Assembly: GCF_009914755.1 (NCBI RefSeq)
Contig: NC_060929.1
DNA length: 64,000 nt
Source: the human T2T-CHM13v2.0 reference genome, Homo sapiens
Direction: 5' to 3' (one strand)
Made by a program: the position numbers and the translations under genes. The notes beneath the pieces are model-generated. The model made no database searches, was not told the DNA's origin, and saw only the letters and a list, made by a program, of their open reading frames with translations. Positions 28,298-40,699 of this stretch are shown piece by piece (position 1 is the stretch's first letter; every line of letters starts with the position of its first letter).

Positions 28298-31200
28298 TCA
28301 ACCCAGGAAGTGCAAGGAGTGGGGGGCCTCCCTCCACCAGCCAAGGGAAGCTGTGAGGGACTGTGCTATCTGGCCCAGACACTACGCGTTTCCCACGGTT
28401 TTTGCAATCCACAGAACAGGAGAGTCCCTCATGTGACTACACCACCAGGGCCCTGGGTTTCAAGCACAAAACTGGGTGGCTGTTTGGGCAGACACTGAGC
28501 CAGCTGCAGGAGTGTTTTTTTATACCCTAGTGGCGCCTGGAACCACAGCAAGACAGAACTGTTCACCCCCTGGAAAGGGGGCTGAAGCTAGGGAGCCAAG
28601 TGGGCTCACTCAGCGGGTCCTACTCCCACGGAGCCCAGCAAGCTAAGAGCCACTGGCTTGAAATTCCTGCTGCCAGCACAGTAGTCTGGAGCTGACCTGG
28701 AGCTTGGTTGGGGGAGGGGCATCTGTCATTACTGGGGCTTGAATAGGTGGTTTTCCCCTGACAGTGCTAAGGAGGCCTGGAAGTTCGGACTGGGCGGAAC
28801 TCAACACAGCACGGCAAAGAGGCTGTGGCCAGACTGCCTCTCTAGATTCCTCCTCACTGGGCAGGGCATCTCTGAAAGAAAGGCAGCAGTCCCAGTCAGG
28901 GGCTTATAGATAAAAGTCCCAACTCCCTTGGACAGAGCACCTGGGGGAAGGGGCGGCTGTGGGTGCAGCTTCAGTGGACTTAAACGTTCCTGCCTGCTGG
29001 CTCTGCAGAGAGCAGCAGATGCTGACAAGGAGGGCTCTCCCAGCACAGCACTCGAGCTCTGCTAAGGGACAGACTGCCTCCTCAAGTGGGTCCCTGACCC
29101 CTGTGTCACCTGACGGGGAGAGACCTCCCAACAGGGGTTGACAGACACCTCATACAGGAGAGCTCTGGTTGGCATCAGGCTGGTGCCCCTCTAAGATGAA
29201 GCTTCCAGAGGAAGGAGCAGGCAGCAATCTTTGCTGTTCTGCAGCCTCCACTGGTTATACCCAGGCAAATAGGGTCTGGAGTGGACCTCCAGCAAACTGC
29301 AGCAGACCTGCAGAAAAGGGGTCTGACTGTTAGAAGAAAAACTAACAAACAGAAAGCAGTAACATCAACATCAACAAAAGGATCCCCACACAAAAACCCC
29401 AACCACAGGTCATCAGCCTCAAAGATCAAAGGTAGATAAATCCACAAAGATGAGGAAAAACCAGCTTAAAAATGCTGGAAATTTCAAAAATCAGAATGCC
29501 TCTTCCCCAAATGATCATAACTCCTGTCTAGTAAGGGCACAAAACTGGACAGAAAATGAGTTTGAAAGAATTGCCAAATTGACAGAAGTAGGCTTCAGCA
29601 TATGGGTAATAACAAACTCCTCTGAGGTAAGGGAGCATGTTCTAGCCAAATGCAAGGAAGCTAAGAACGTTGACAAGGTTATAGGAATGGCTAACTAGGA
29701 TAACCAGTTTAGAGGAGAACATAAATGACCTCATGGAGCTGAAAAAGACAGCACGAGAACTTCGTGAAGCATACACAAGTATCAATAGCCGAATCGATCA
29801 AGAGGAAGAAAGGATGTGAGAGACTGAAGAACAACTTACTGAAATAGGGCATGAAGACAAGATTAGAGAAAAAGAATGAAAAGGAACAAACAAAGCCTCC
29901 AAGAAATATGGGAGTATGTGAAAAGACCAAACCTATGATTGATCAGGGTCCCTGAAAGTGATGGGGAGAATGGAACCAAGTTGGAAAACACACTTCAGAA
30001 TATTACCCAGGAGAACTTCCCCAACCTAGCAAGACAGGCCAACATTCAAATTCAGGAAATACAGAGAATGCCACAAAGATACTCCTCGAGAAGAGCAACC
30101 CCAAGACACATAATCGTCAGATTCACCAAGGTTGAAATGAAGGAAAAAATGTTAAGGTCAGCCAGAGAGAAGGGTCAGGTTACCTACAAAGGGAAGCCCA
30201 TCAGATGAACAGTGGATCTCTCTGCAGAAACCCTAGAAGCCAGAAGAGAGTGAGGGCCAATATTCAACATTCTTAAAAAAATTTTCAACCCAGAATTCCA
30301 TATCCAGCCAAACTAAGCTTCATAAATGAGGGAGAAATATAGTCCTTTACAGACAAGCAAATGCTGAGGGATTTTGTCACCACCAATCCTGCCCTACAAG
30401 AGCTCCTGAAGGAAGCACTAAATATGGAAAGGAACAACTGGTACCAGCCACCACAAAAACACACCAGAATATAAAGACCAATGACACTATGAAAAAACTG
30501 CATAAAGGAATGTGCAAAATAACCAGCAAGCGTCATGATGACCGGATCAAATTTACACATAACAATATTAACCTTAAATGTAAATGGGCTAACTGCCCCA
30601 ATTAAAAGACACAGACTGGCAAATTGGATAAAGAGTCAAGACCCATCGGTGTGCTGCATTCAGGAGACCCATCTCATATGCAAAGACACACATCGGCTCA
30701 AAATAAAGGGATGGAGGAATATTTACCAAGCAAATGGAAAGCAAAAAGAGCAGGGGCTGCAATCCTAGTCTCTGATAAAACAGACTTTAAAGCAACAAAG
30801 ACAAAGGAGGGCATTAAATAATGGTAAAGGGATCAATGCAATAAGAAGAGCTAACTATCCTAAATATATATGCACCTAATACAGGAGCACTCAGATTCAT
30901 AAAAGAAGTTCTTAGAGACATACAAAGAGACTTAGGCTCCCACGCAATAATAGTGGGAGAGTTTAACACCCCACTGTCAATATTAGATCAACGAGACAGA
31001 AAATTAATAAGGATATTCAGGACTTGAACTCAGCTCTGGACCAAACAGACCTAACAGACATCTACAGAACTCTCCACCCCAAATCAGCAGAATATACATT
31101 CTTCTAAGAACCACATAGCACTTATTCTAAAATCGGTCACATAATTGGAAGTAAAACACTCCTCAGCAAATGCAAAAGAACGGAAATCATAACAGTCTCT

Positions 31201-32740
31201 CAGACCACAGTGCAGTCAAATTAGAACCCAGGATTAAGAAACTCACTCAAAACCACACAATTACATGGAAACTGAACAAGCTGCTCCTGAATGACTACTG
31301 GATGAATGACAAAATTAAGGCAGAAATAAAAAAGTTATTTGAAACCAATGAGAACAAAGACGCAACATACCAAAATCTCTGGGACACAGCTAAAGCAGTA
31401 TTAAGAGAAAAATTTATAGCACTAAATGCCTACAGCAGAAAGTGGAAAAGATGTAAAATTGACACTCTAACATCACAATTAAAAGAACTAGAGAAGCAAG
31501 AGCAAACAAATTGAAAAGCTAGCAGAAGACAAGAAATAATTAATATCAGAGCAGAAGTGAAGGAGATAGAGACACAAAAAACCCTTCAAAAAAATCAATG
31601 AATCCAGGAGTTGGTTTTGTGAAAAGATTAACAAAATAGACCACTAGCTAGACTAATATAGAGGAAAAGAGAGAAGAATCAAATAGACACAATAAAAAAT
31701 GATAAAGGGGATATCACCACTGATCCCACAGAAATACAAACTACCATCCGAGAATACTATAAACACCTCTATGCAAATAAACTAGAAAATCTAGAAGAAA
31801 TGGATAAATTTCTGGACACATACACCCTCCCAACACTAAACCAGGAAGAAATCGAATCCCTCAATAGACCAGTAACAAGTTCTGAAATTCAGGCAGTAAT
31901 TAATAGCCTACTAACAACAACAAAAAGCCCAGGACCAGACAGATTCACAGACCAATTCTACCAGAGGTACAAAGAGGAGCTGGTACTATTCCTTCTGAAA
32001 CTATTCCAAACAATAGAAAAAGAGGGACTCCTCCCTAACTCATTTTATGAGGCCAGCATCATCCTGATTCCAAAACCTGGCAAAGACACAATAAAAAAGG
32101 AAAATTTCAGGTCAATATGCCTAATGAACATCTATGCGAAAATCCTCAACAAAAATGGGCAAATAGAATCCAGCAGCACATCAAAAAGCTTATCCACCAT
32201 GATCAGGTGGGCTTCATCTCTGGAATGAAAGCCTGGTTCAACATATGCAAATCAATAAACATAATCAATACATAAAGAGAACAAATGACAAAAACTACAT
32301 GATTAGCTCAACAGATGCAGAAAAGGCCTTCAATAAAATTCAACGCCCCTTCATGCTAAAAATTCTTAATAAACTAGGTATCGATGGAAGGTATCCCAAA
32401 ATAATAACAGCTATTTATGACAAACCCACAGCCAGAATCATACTGAATGGGCAAAAACTGGAAGCATTCCCTTTGAAAACTGGCACAAGACAAGGATGCC
32501 CTCTCTCACCACTCCTATTCAACACAGTAATGGAAGTTCTGGCCTGGGCAATCAGGCAAGAGAAAGAAATAAAGGGTATTCAGATAGGAAGGCAGGAAAT
32601 CAAATTGTCTCTGTTTGCAGATGACATTATTGTATATTTAGAAAACCCCATCGTCTCAGCCCAAAATCTCCTTAAGCTGATAAGCAACTTCAGCGAAATC
32701 TCAGGATACAAAATCAATATGCAAAAATCACCAGCATTCC

Positions 32741-35700
32741 AAATCAATAAATGTAATCCATCACATAAACAGAACCTATAACAAATCCACATGATTATCT
32801 GAATAGATGCAGAAAAGGCCTTTGACAAAATTCAACACCCTTCATGCTAAAAACTCTCAATAAACTTGGTATCAATGGAATGTATCTCAAAACAGTAACA
32901 GCTATTTATGACAAACCCACAGCCAATATCATACTGAATGGGCAAAAACTGAAAGCATTCCCTTTGAAAACCAGCACAAGACAAGGATGCCCTCTCTTAC
33001 CACTCCTATTCAACATAGTATTGGAAGTTCTGGTCAGGGCAATCAGGCAAGAGAAAGAAATAAAAGGTATTCAAATAGGAAAAGAGGAAGTCAAATAGTC
33101 TCTATTTGCAGATGACATGACTGTATATTTAGAAAACCCCATCATCTCAGCCCCAAATCTCCTTAAGCTGATAAGCAAGTTCAGCAAACTTTCAGGATAC
33201 AGAATCAATGTGCAAAAATCACAAGCATTCCTGTACACAAATAACAGACAAACAGAGAGCCAAATCATGAGTGAACTCCCATTCACAATTGCTACAAAGA
33301 GAATAAAATACCTAGGAATCCAACTTACAAGGGATGTGAAGGACCTCTTCAAGGACAACTACAAACCATTGCTCAAGGAAATAAGAGAGGACACAAATGG
33401 AAAAGCAATCCATGCTCATGGATAGGAACAATATTGTGAAAATGGCCATACTGCTCAAAGTAATTTATAGATTCAATGCTATCCCCATCAAGCTACCACT
33501 GACTTTCTTTACAGAATTGGAAAGAACTACTTTAACTCCATATGGAACCAAAAAAGAGCCCGCATAGCCAAGACAATCCTGGGCAAGAAGAACAAAGCTG
33601 GAGGCATCATGCTACCTGACTTCAAACAATACTACAAGGCTAGCTACAGTAACAAAAACAGCATGGTACCGGTACCAAAACAGATACTTAGGCCAATGGA
33701 ACAGAACAGAGAGGCCTCAGAAATAACATCACACATCTACAACCAACTGATCTTTGACAAACCTGACACAAACAAGCAATGGGGAAAATATTCCCTGTTT
33801 AATAAATGGTGCTGGGAAAACTGGCTAGCCATATGCAGAAGCCTGAAACTGGACCCCTTCCTCACACCTTATACAAAAATTAACTCAAGATGGATCAAAG
33901 ACTTAAACGTAAGACCTAGGTCCATAAAAATCCTAGAAGAAAACCTGGGCAATACCATTCAGGATGTAGGCATGGGCAAAGACTTTATCTCTAAAGCACC
34001 AAAAGCAATGGCAACAAAAACCGAAATTAGAATTTCTCTGATGACTAGTGATGATGAGCATTTTTTCGTGTGTCCGTTGGCTGCATAAATGTCTTCTTTT
34101 GAGAAGTGTCTGTTCATATCCTTTGCCCACTTTTTGATGGGGTTGTTTGTTTTCTTCTTGTAAATTTGTTTAAGTTCTTTGTAGATTCTGGATATCAGCC
34201 CTTTGTCAGATGGATAGATTGCAAAAATTTTTTCCCATTCTGTAGGTTGCCTGATCACTCTGATGGTAGTTTCTCTTGCTGTGCAGAAGCTCTTTAGTTT
34301 AATTAGATCCCATATGTCAATTTTGGCTTTTGTTGCCCTTGCTTTTGGTGTTTTAGTCATCAAGTCTTTGCCCATGCCTATGTCCTGAATGATATTGCCT
34401 AGGTTTTCTTCTAGGGATTTTATGGTTTTAGGTCTAAAATTTAAGTCTTTAATCCATCATGAACTAATTTTTGTATAAGGTGTAAGGAAGGGATCCAGTT
34501 TCAACTTTCTACATATGGCTAGCCAGTTTTCCCAACACCATTTATTAAATAGGGAATCCTTTTCCCACTGCTTGTTTGTGTCAGGTCTGTCAAAGATCAG
34601 ATGGTTGTAGATGTGAGGTGTTATTTCTGAGGCCTCTGTTCCATTCCATTGGTCTATATATCTGTTTTGGTACCAGTACCATACTGTAGCCTTGTAGTAT
34701 AGTTTGAAGTCAGGTAGAGTGATGCCTCCAGCTTTGTTCATTTTGCTTAGGATTGTCTTGGCTATGCAGGCTCTTTCTTTGGTTCCATATGAACTTTAAA
34801 GTAGTTTTTTCCAATTCTGTGAAGAAAGTCATTGGATACCATCTCAGGCTGGTTAGAATGGTGATCATTAAAAATCAGGCAACAACAGATGCTAAAGAGG
34901 ATGTGGAGAAATAGGAATGCTTTTACACTGTTGGTGGGAGTGTAAATTTGTTCAACCATTGTGGAACACAGTGTGGTGATTCCTCAAGGATCTAGAACTA
35001 GAAATACCATTTGACTCAGCGATCCCATTACTGGGTATATACCCAAAGAATTATAAATCATGCTAGTATAAAGACACATGCACATGTATGTTTATTGTGG
35101 CACTATTCACAATAGCAAAGACTTGGAACCCACCCAAATGTCCATCAATGACAGGCTGGATTAAGAAAATGTGGCACATATACACCATGGAATACTATGC
35201 AGCCATAAAAAAGGATGAGTTCATGTCCTTTGCAGGGACATGGATGAAGCTGGAAACCACCATTCTCAGCAAACTATCACAAGGATGGAAAATCAAACAC
35301 CACATATTCTCACTCATAGGTGGGAACTGAACAATGAGAACACTTGGACACAGGGTGGGGAACATCACACACTGGGGCCTGTCAGGGGTTAGGGAGCTGG
35401 GGGAGGGATAGCATTAGGAGAAATACCTAATGTAAATGATGAGTTGTTGGGTGCAGCAAACCACCATGGCACATGTATACATATGTAACAAACCTGCACA
35501 TTGTGCACATGTACCGTAGAACTTAAAATATAATTTAAAAAACAAAAAAACAAAATTGACAAATGGGATCTAATTAAACTAAAGAGCTTCTGCATAGCAA
35601 AAGAAACTATCATCAGAGTTAACAGGCAACCTACAGAATGGGAGAAAAATTTTGCAATCTATCCATCTGACAAAGGGCAAATATCCAGAATCTACAAAGA

Positions 35701-36573
35701 ACTTAAACAAATTTACAAGAAAAAACAAACAACCCCATCAAAAAGTGGGCAAAGTATATGAACAGACACTTCTGAAAAGAAGACTTTAATGCAGCCAACA
35801 GACATATGAAAAAATTCTCATCATCGCTGGTCATTTAGAGAAATGCAAATCAAAAACAACAATGAGATACTATCTCAGGCCAGTTAGAATGGCAATCATT
35901 AAAAAGTCAGGAAACAACAGACGCTGGATAGGATGTGGAGAAATAGAAACATTTTTACATTGTTGGTGGGAGTATAAATTAGTTCAACCATTGTGGAAGA
36001 CAGTGTGGTGATTCCTCAAGGATCTAGAGCTAGAAATACCATTTGACCCAGCAATCCCATTACTGGGTATATACCCAAAGAATTATAAATCATTCTACTA
36101 TAAAGACACATGCACATGTATGTTTATTGCAGCACAATTCACAATAGCAAAGACATGGAACCAACCCAAATATCCATCAATAATAGACTGGATAAAGAAA
36201 ATGTGCCACGTATACACCATGGAATACTATGCAGCCATAAAAAAAGGATGAGTTCATGTCCTTTGCAGGGACCGGATGAAGCTGGAAACCACCATTCTCA
36301 GCACACTATCAGAAGAACAGAAAACCAAACACTGCATTTTCTCACTCGTAAGTGGGAGTTGAACAATGAGAACACAAGGACATAGGGAGGGGAGCATCAC
36401 ATACCAGGGCCTGTCAGGAGGTGGGGGGCTAGGGGAGGGATGACATTAGGAGTGATACTTAATGAAGGTGATGGGTTGATAGGTGCAGCAAACCACCATG
36501 GCATGTGTATACCTATGTAACAAAACTGCGCATTCTGCCCATGTAGCCCAGAACTTAAAGTATAATAATAAAA
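32741..36573 (+). mobile_element. 5'-truncated L1PA nested in ORF2 of the outer L1
   Basis: Perfect 18-bp TSD aaaaatcaccagcattcc at 32723-32740 and 36574-36591; has its own 3'UTR and A-tail. Confidence 0.92.
34032..35545 (+). mobile_element. Third nested L1PA with a 5' inversion (34032-34835 minus; 34835-35545 plus)
   Basis: An inverted ORF2 segment abuts a forward 3' segment with ~20 nt missing; the host L1 resumes at aaaattgacaaatgggatc. Confidence 0.9.
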
Positions 36574-38769
36574 AAAAATCACCAGCATTCCTATACACAA
36601 AAAATAAACAAGCAGAAAACCAAATCATGAGTGAACTCTCATTCACAATTGCTACAAAGAAAATAAAATACCTAGGAATACAACTTACAAGGGACATGAA
36701 GGAACTCTTCAAGGAGAACTACAAACCACTGCTCAAGGAAATAAGAAAGGACAAAAACAAATGGAAAAAACATTCCATGCTCATGGATAGGAAGAATCAA
36801 TATCATGAAATGGCCATACTGCCCAAAGTTATTTATAGATTCAATGCTACTCCCATCAAGCTACCATTAACTTTCCTCATAGAACTAGAAAAAACTACTT
36901 TAAATTTCATATGGAACCTAAAAAGAGCCCGTATGGCCAAGGCAATCCTAAGCAAAAAGAACAAAGTTGGAAGCATCATGCTACCCGACTACAAGGCTAC
37001 AGTAACAAAAACAGCATGGTACTGGTACCAAAACAGATATATAGACCAATGGAACAGAACAGATGCCCCAGAAAAACACCACACATCTACAACCATCTGA
37101 TCTTTGACGACCCTGAGAAAAACAAGCAATAGGGAAAGGATTCCCTATTTAATAAATGGTTCTGGGAAAACTGGCTAGCCATATGCAGAAAACAAAAACT
37201 GGACCCCTTGCTTACATCTTTTAACTCAAGATGGATTAAAGACTTAAAAGTAAAACCTAAAACCTTAAAAATCCTAGAAGAAAACCTAGGCAATATCATT
37301 CAGGACAGAGGCCTGGGCAAAGACTTTATGACTAAAACACCAAAGGCAATTACAACAAAAGCCAGAATTGACAAATGAGATCTAATTAAACTAAAGAACT
37401 TCTGCACAGCAAAAGAAACTATCATCAGAGTGAACAGGCAACCTACAGAATGGGAGAGAATTTTTGCAATCTATCCATCTGACAAAGAGCTAATATGCAG
37501 AATCTACAAGGAACTTAAACAAATTTACAAGAAAAAAAAAAAAACAACCCCATCAAAAAGTGGGCAAAAAGAAGACATTTATGCAGCCAACACACATATG
37601 AAAAAAAGCCCAACATCACTGGTCATTAGAGAAATGCAAATCAACACCACAATGAGATACCATCTCATGCCAGTTAGAATGGCAATCATTAAAAAGTCAG
37701 GAAACAACAGATGCTAAAGAGGATGTGGAGAAATAGGAACGCTTTTACACTGTTGGTTGGAGTGTAAATTAGTTCAACCATTGTGGAAGACAGTGTGGTG
37801 ATTCCTCAAGGGTCTAGAACCAGAAATACCATTTGACCCAGCCATCCCATTACTGGGTATACACCCAAAGGATTATAAATCATTCTACTATAAAGACACA
37901 TGCACATGTATGTTTACTGCAGCACTATTTACAATAACAAAGACTTGGAACCAACCCAAATGCCCATGAATGATAGACTGAATAAAGAAAATGTGGCACA
38001 TATACACCACGGAATACTATGCAGCCATAAAAAGGAATGAACTCATGTCCTTTGCGGGGACATGGATGAAGCTGGAAACCATCATCCTCAGCAAACTAAC
38101 ACAGGAACCAAACACTGCACATTCTCACTCATAAGTGGGAGTTGAACAATGAGAACACATGGACAGAGGAAGGGGAACGTCACACACCAGGGCCTTTCAG
38201 GGGGTGGAGGGGGAAAGGGGAGGGAGAGCATTAGGGCAAATATCTAATGCATACGGGGCTTAAAACCTAGATGATGGGTTGATAGGTGCAGCAAACCACC
38301 ATGGCACATGTACACCTACGTAAGGAACCTGCATGTTCAGCACATGTATCCCAGAACTTAAAGTAAAATTGTTTTTAAAAAAGTTTTTTTAAATTATTCC
38401 AAGTAAAAAGAGACAGACTCCCTCCCAAGATATTGTCTGACTCAATTTACGTTAAAACTCTAGAAAATACAAACTAGTTTATAGTGACATAGGGCAAATC
38501 AGTACTTGCTTGAAGGGGAGATTAGTGTAGGAGGGATTACAAAGGGCAAAAGGATGATGTGGGGCATGATGGATATGTTTACTATTTTGTTAGTGGATGG
38601 TTCATGGACATCAGTTAAATACTTTATATGTATACAGCTTATTTTATCTCAGTTATTCTCCTGTTTTAAAAATAAATTATTAAACACTAATAACAACTGA
38701 AGGGAGATCTGGTTGATCATAGTGATTGGTATTAGCTAAACACTGTCCTTTCAGTGCTATGATTATATC

Positions 38770-39230
38770 TTTGTTTTAATAGACTTCATTTTTTAGAGTA
38801 GTTTAAGATTCACAGAAAAACTGAGCAGAAAGTACAGAGTTCTCATATACTCCTTGCCCCCACATGTATACCTCCCTCACCATCAACATCCTGTACCACA
38901 ATGGTACATTTGTCACAATTAGCGAGCCTATATGTATACATTATTATCACTCAAAGTCCACTGTTTCCATTATACTCTTGGTGCTGTACATTGTATGGAT
39001 TTTGACAAATGCATAATGATGTGTATTTGCCATTATCGTATTATATAGAGTACTTTCATTGCCCCAAAAATATTCTGTGCTCTGCCTATTCATCTGTCCC
39101 TCACCATGAATCTCTGGCAACCTCTGATCTTTCTACTGTCACCAAAGTTTTGCTTTTTCCAGAATATCATAGTGTTGGAATCATAGAATATGTAGCCTTT
39201 TCAGATTGGCTTCTTTCACTTGGTAATATG
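38770..39230 (-). mobile_element. Old L1M 3'-end fragment (antisense)
   Basis: ttttagagtagtttaagattcacagaaaaactgagcagaaagtacagagttc...gcctttcagattggcttctttcact. Confidence 0.75.
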
Positions 39231-39549
39231 AACATTCACTTTTTAACCATAGTACTGTATTTGATATACAGCTACATATGTAATTATTTTATTTCAAGTC
39301 TATGTTTGTGAGCCCCTGGTTAGCTGAGTGTAGACATTCTCAAGAGGGGGAAAGGGATGTGGCCTTTTGTGTAGCATCTCAGGAAGACACTAGGTGGGAA
39401 GAGGTGATCAACCCATCAGTCCTCAGCCCCAGGGAGTGATGTAGTGAAAATTCACAGGGTTTTACAAGAAGAAAACCCTGTGAATGGTTTTCCTGTTATT
39501 GGACGATGGGGAGGAGATCTCCCCATAACTGCAAGAAAATGTCTAATTG

Positions 39550-40080
39550 CAGCTATAGATAGAATACTACTCAGTAATAAAAAGGAGCAAACTCTCGATA
39601 CATACGACAGTCTGGATGAATTTTACGGACATTTTATTGAGTGAAAAAAGTCAGTCTCAAAGGTTACATAATGTATGATTCCAAAATGATAAAACTACAG
39701 AGATGGAGGAAACATAAGTTGTTGCCAGGGATTAGTGAAGCGGATGGAGGGTTTGACCATAGTGGTACAGCATGACGGAGTTCTTACATGGTGATGGAGC
39801 AGCATCTTGATTATGATGGTGGTTTTATGAATCTATACATGTAATAAAATTGTGAAAAACTACAGACATACATATGTTATAATGAGCACATATATGAACT
39901 AGTAAAATATGAATTAGGCCTGTAATCCAATTAATTGTATCAATGTCAATTTCCCAATTTTGGTCTTGTTCCATAGCTATGTCTGATATTACCATTGGAG
40001 AAAGCTTACTTGGAGGTACTCAAGACTCTGTATTATTTTTGCAACTTCCAGTGAGTCTAAAATTGTTTTAAAATAAAAAC
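39550..40080 (+). mobile_element. Old L1M 3'-end fragment
   Basis: gaatactactcag...gtgaaaaaagtcagtctcaaaaggttacata...ttttgcaacttcc. Confidence 0.7.
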
Positions 40081-40699
40081 TATCATTTAAAAAGCAACTT
40101 TAAGTGTACAATTATCTCCAAATGAAAAGCTTAATGAAAAACATGATTCATCGGTGTTTCAGTTCATTATAATGGCAGTGGAAACCAGGAAATGTGAAAC
40201 AGTTTCAGAGATTCAACTAGTGTTAGCACACATCAAATAGTAATGAAACAAGGCTTTTAAAAAATCCCTAACTTCCAATATTAGAGCAATTATCTTTAAT
40301 CATAACTGAAGGATGTCATTCACTGTGCCACCCAAAGTAAATAAGGACGAAAATTATGAATAAGAAACAGTAAAAAGTTAATATTACATAATATGGTAGT
40401 CAAAATAGAACCAATGAGTGCCAATATAATGAACCTCTCCCCTCAAAAATCCCAACCTCCATGTTGCTTTTCATAACAAAGGTGAATAAAACAAATCAAA
40501 GCAGCTATATACAGGAACACAGGTCCTGGTGGCTGTTACTGAGACCCAGGATAGTGTCAGGGTCAAATCTCTGTAGAAATTAGCTATTGGAGGCTCTAAG
40601 GACCCTGCCTCCTGGGGCCTTCCTCTGAGTTTTCCCCTTAGGGTAGTGGGTAGGGAGCTGTGTTGTAGGTCCCAAATCAGGAGTTAGGCTAGAGAGCGA

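Noticed and set aside
29450-37717. L1 ORF1/ORF2 fragments as an active retrotransposon or a novel reverse-transcriptase system
   Set aside because: Many stops, frameshifts and nested insertions; the repeated RT segment comes from nesting.
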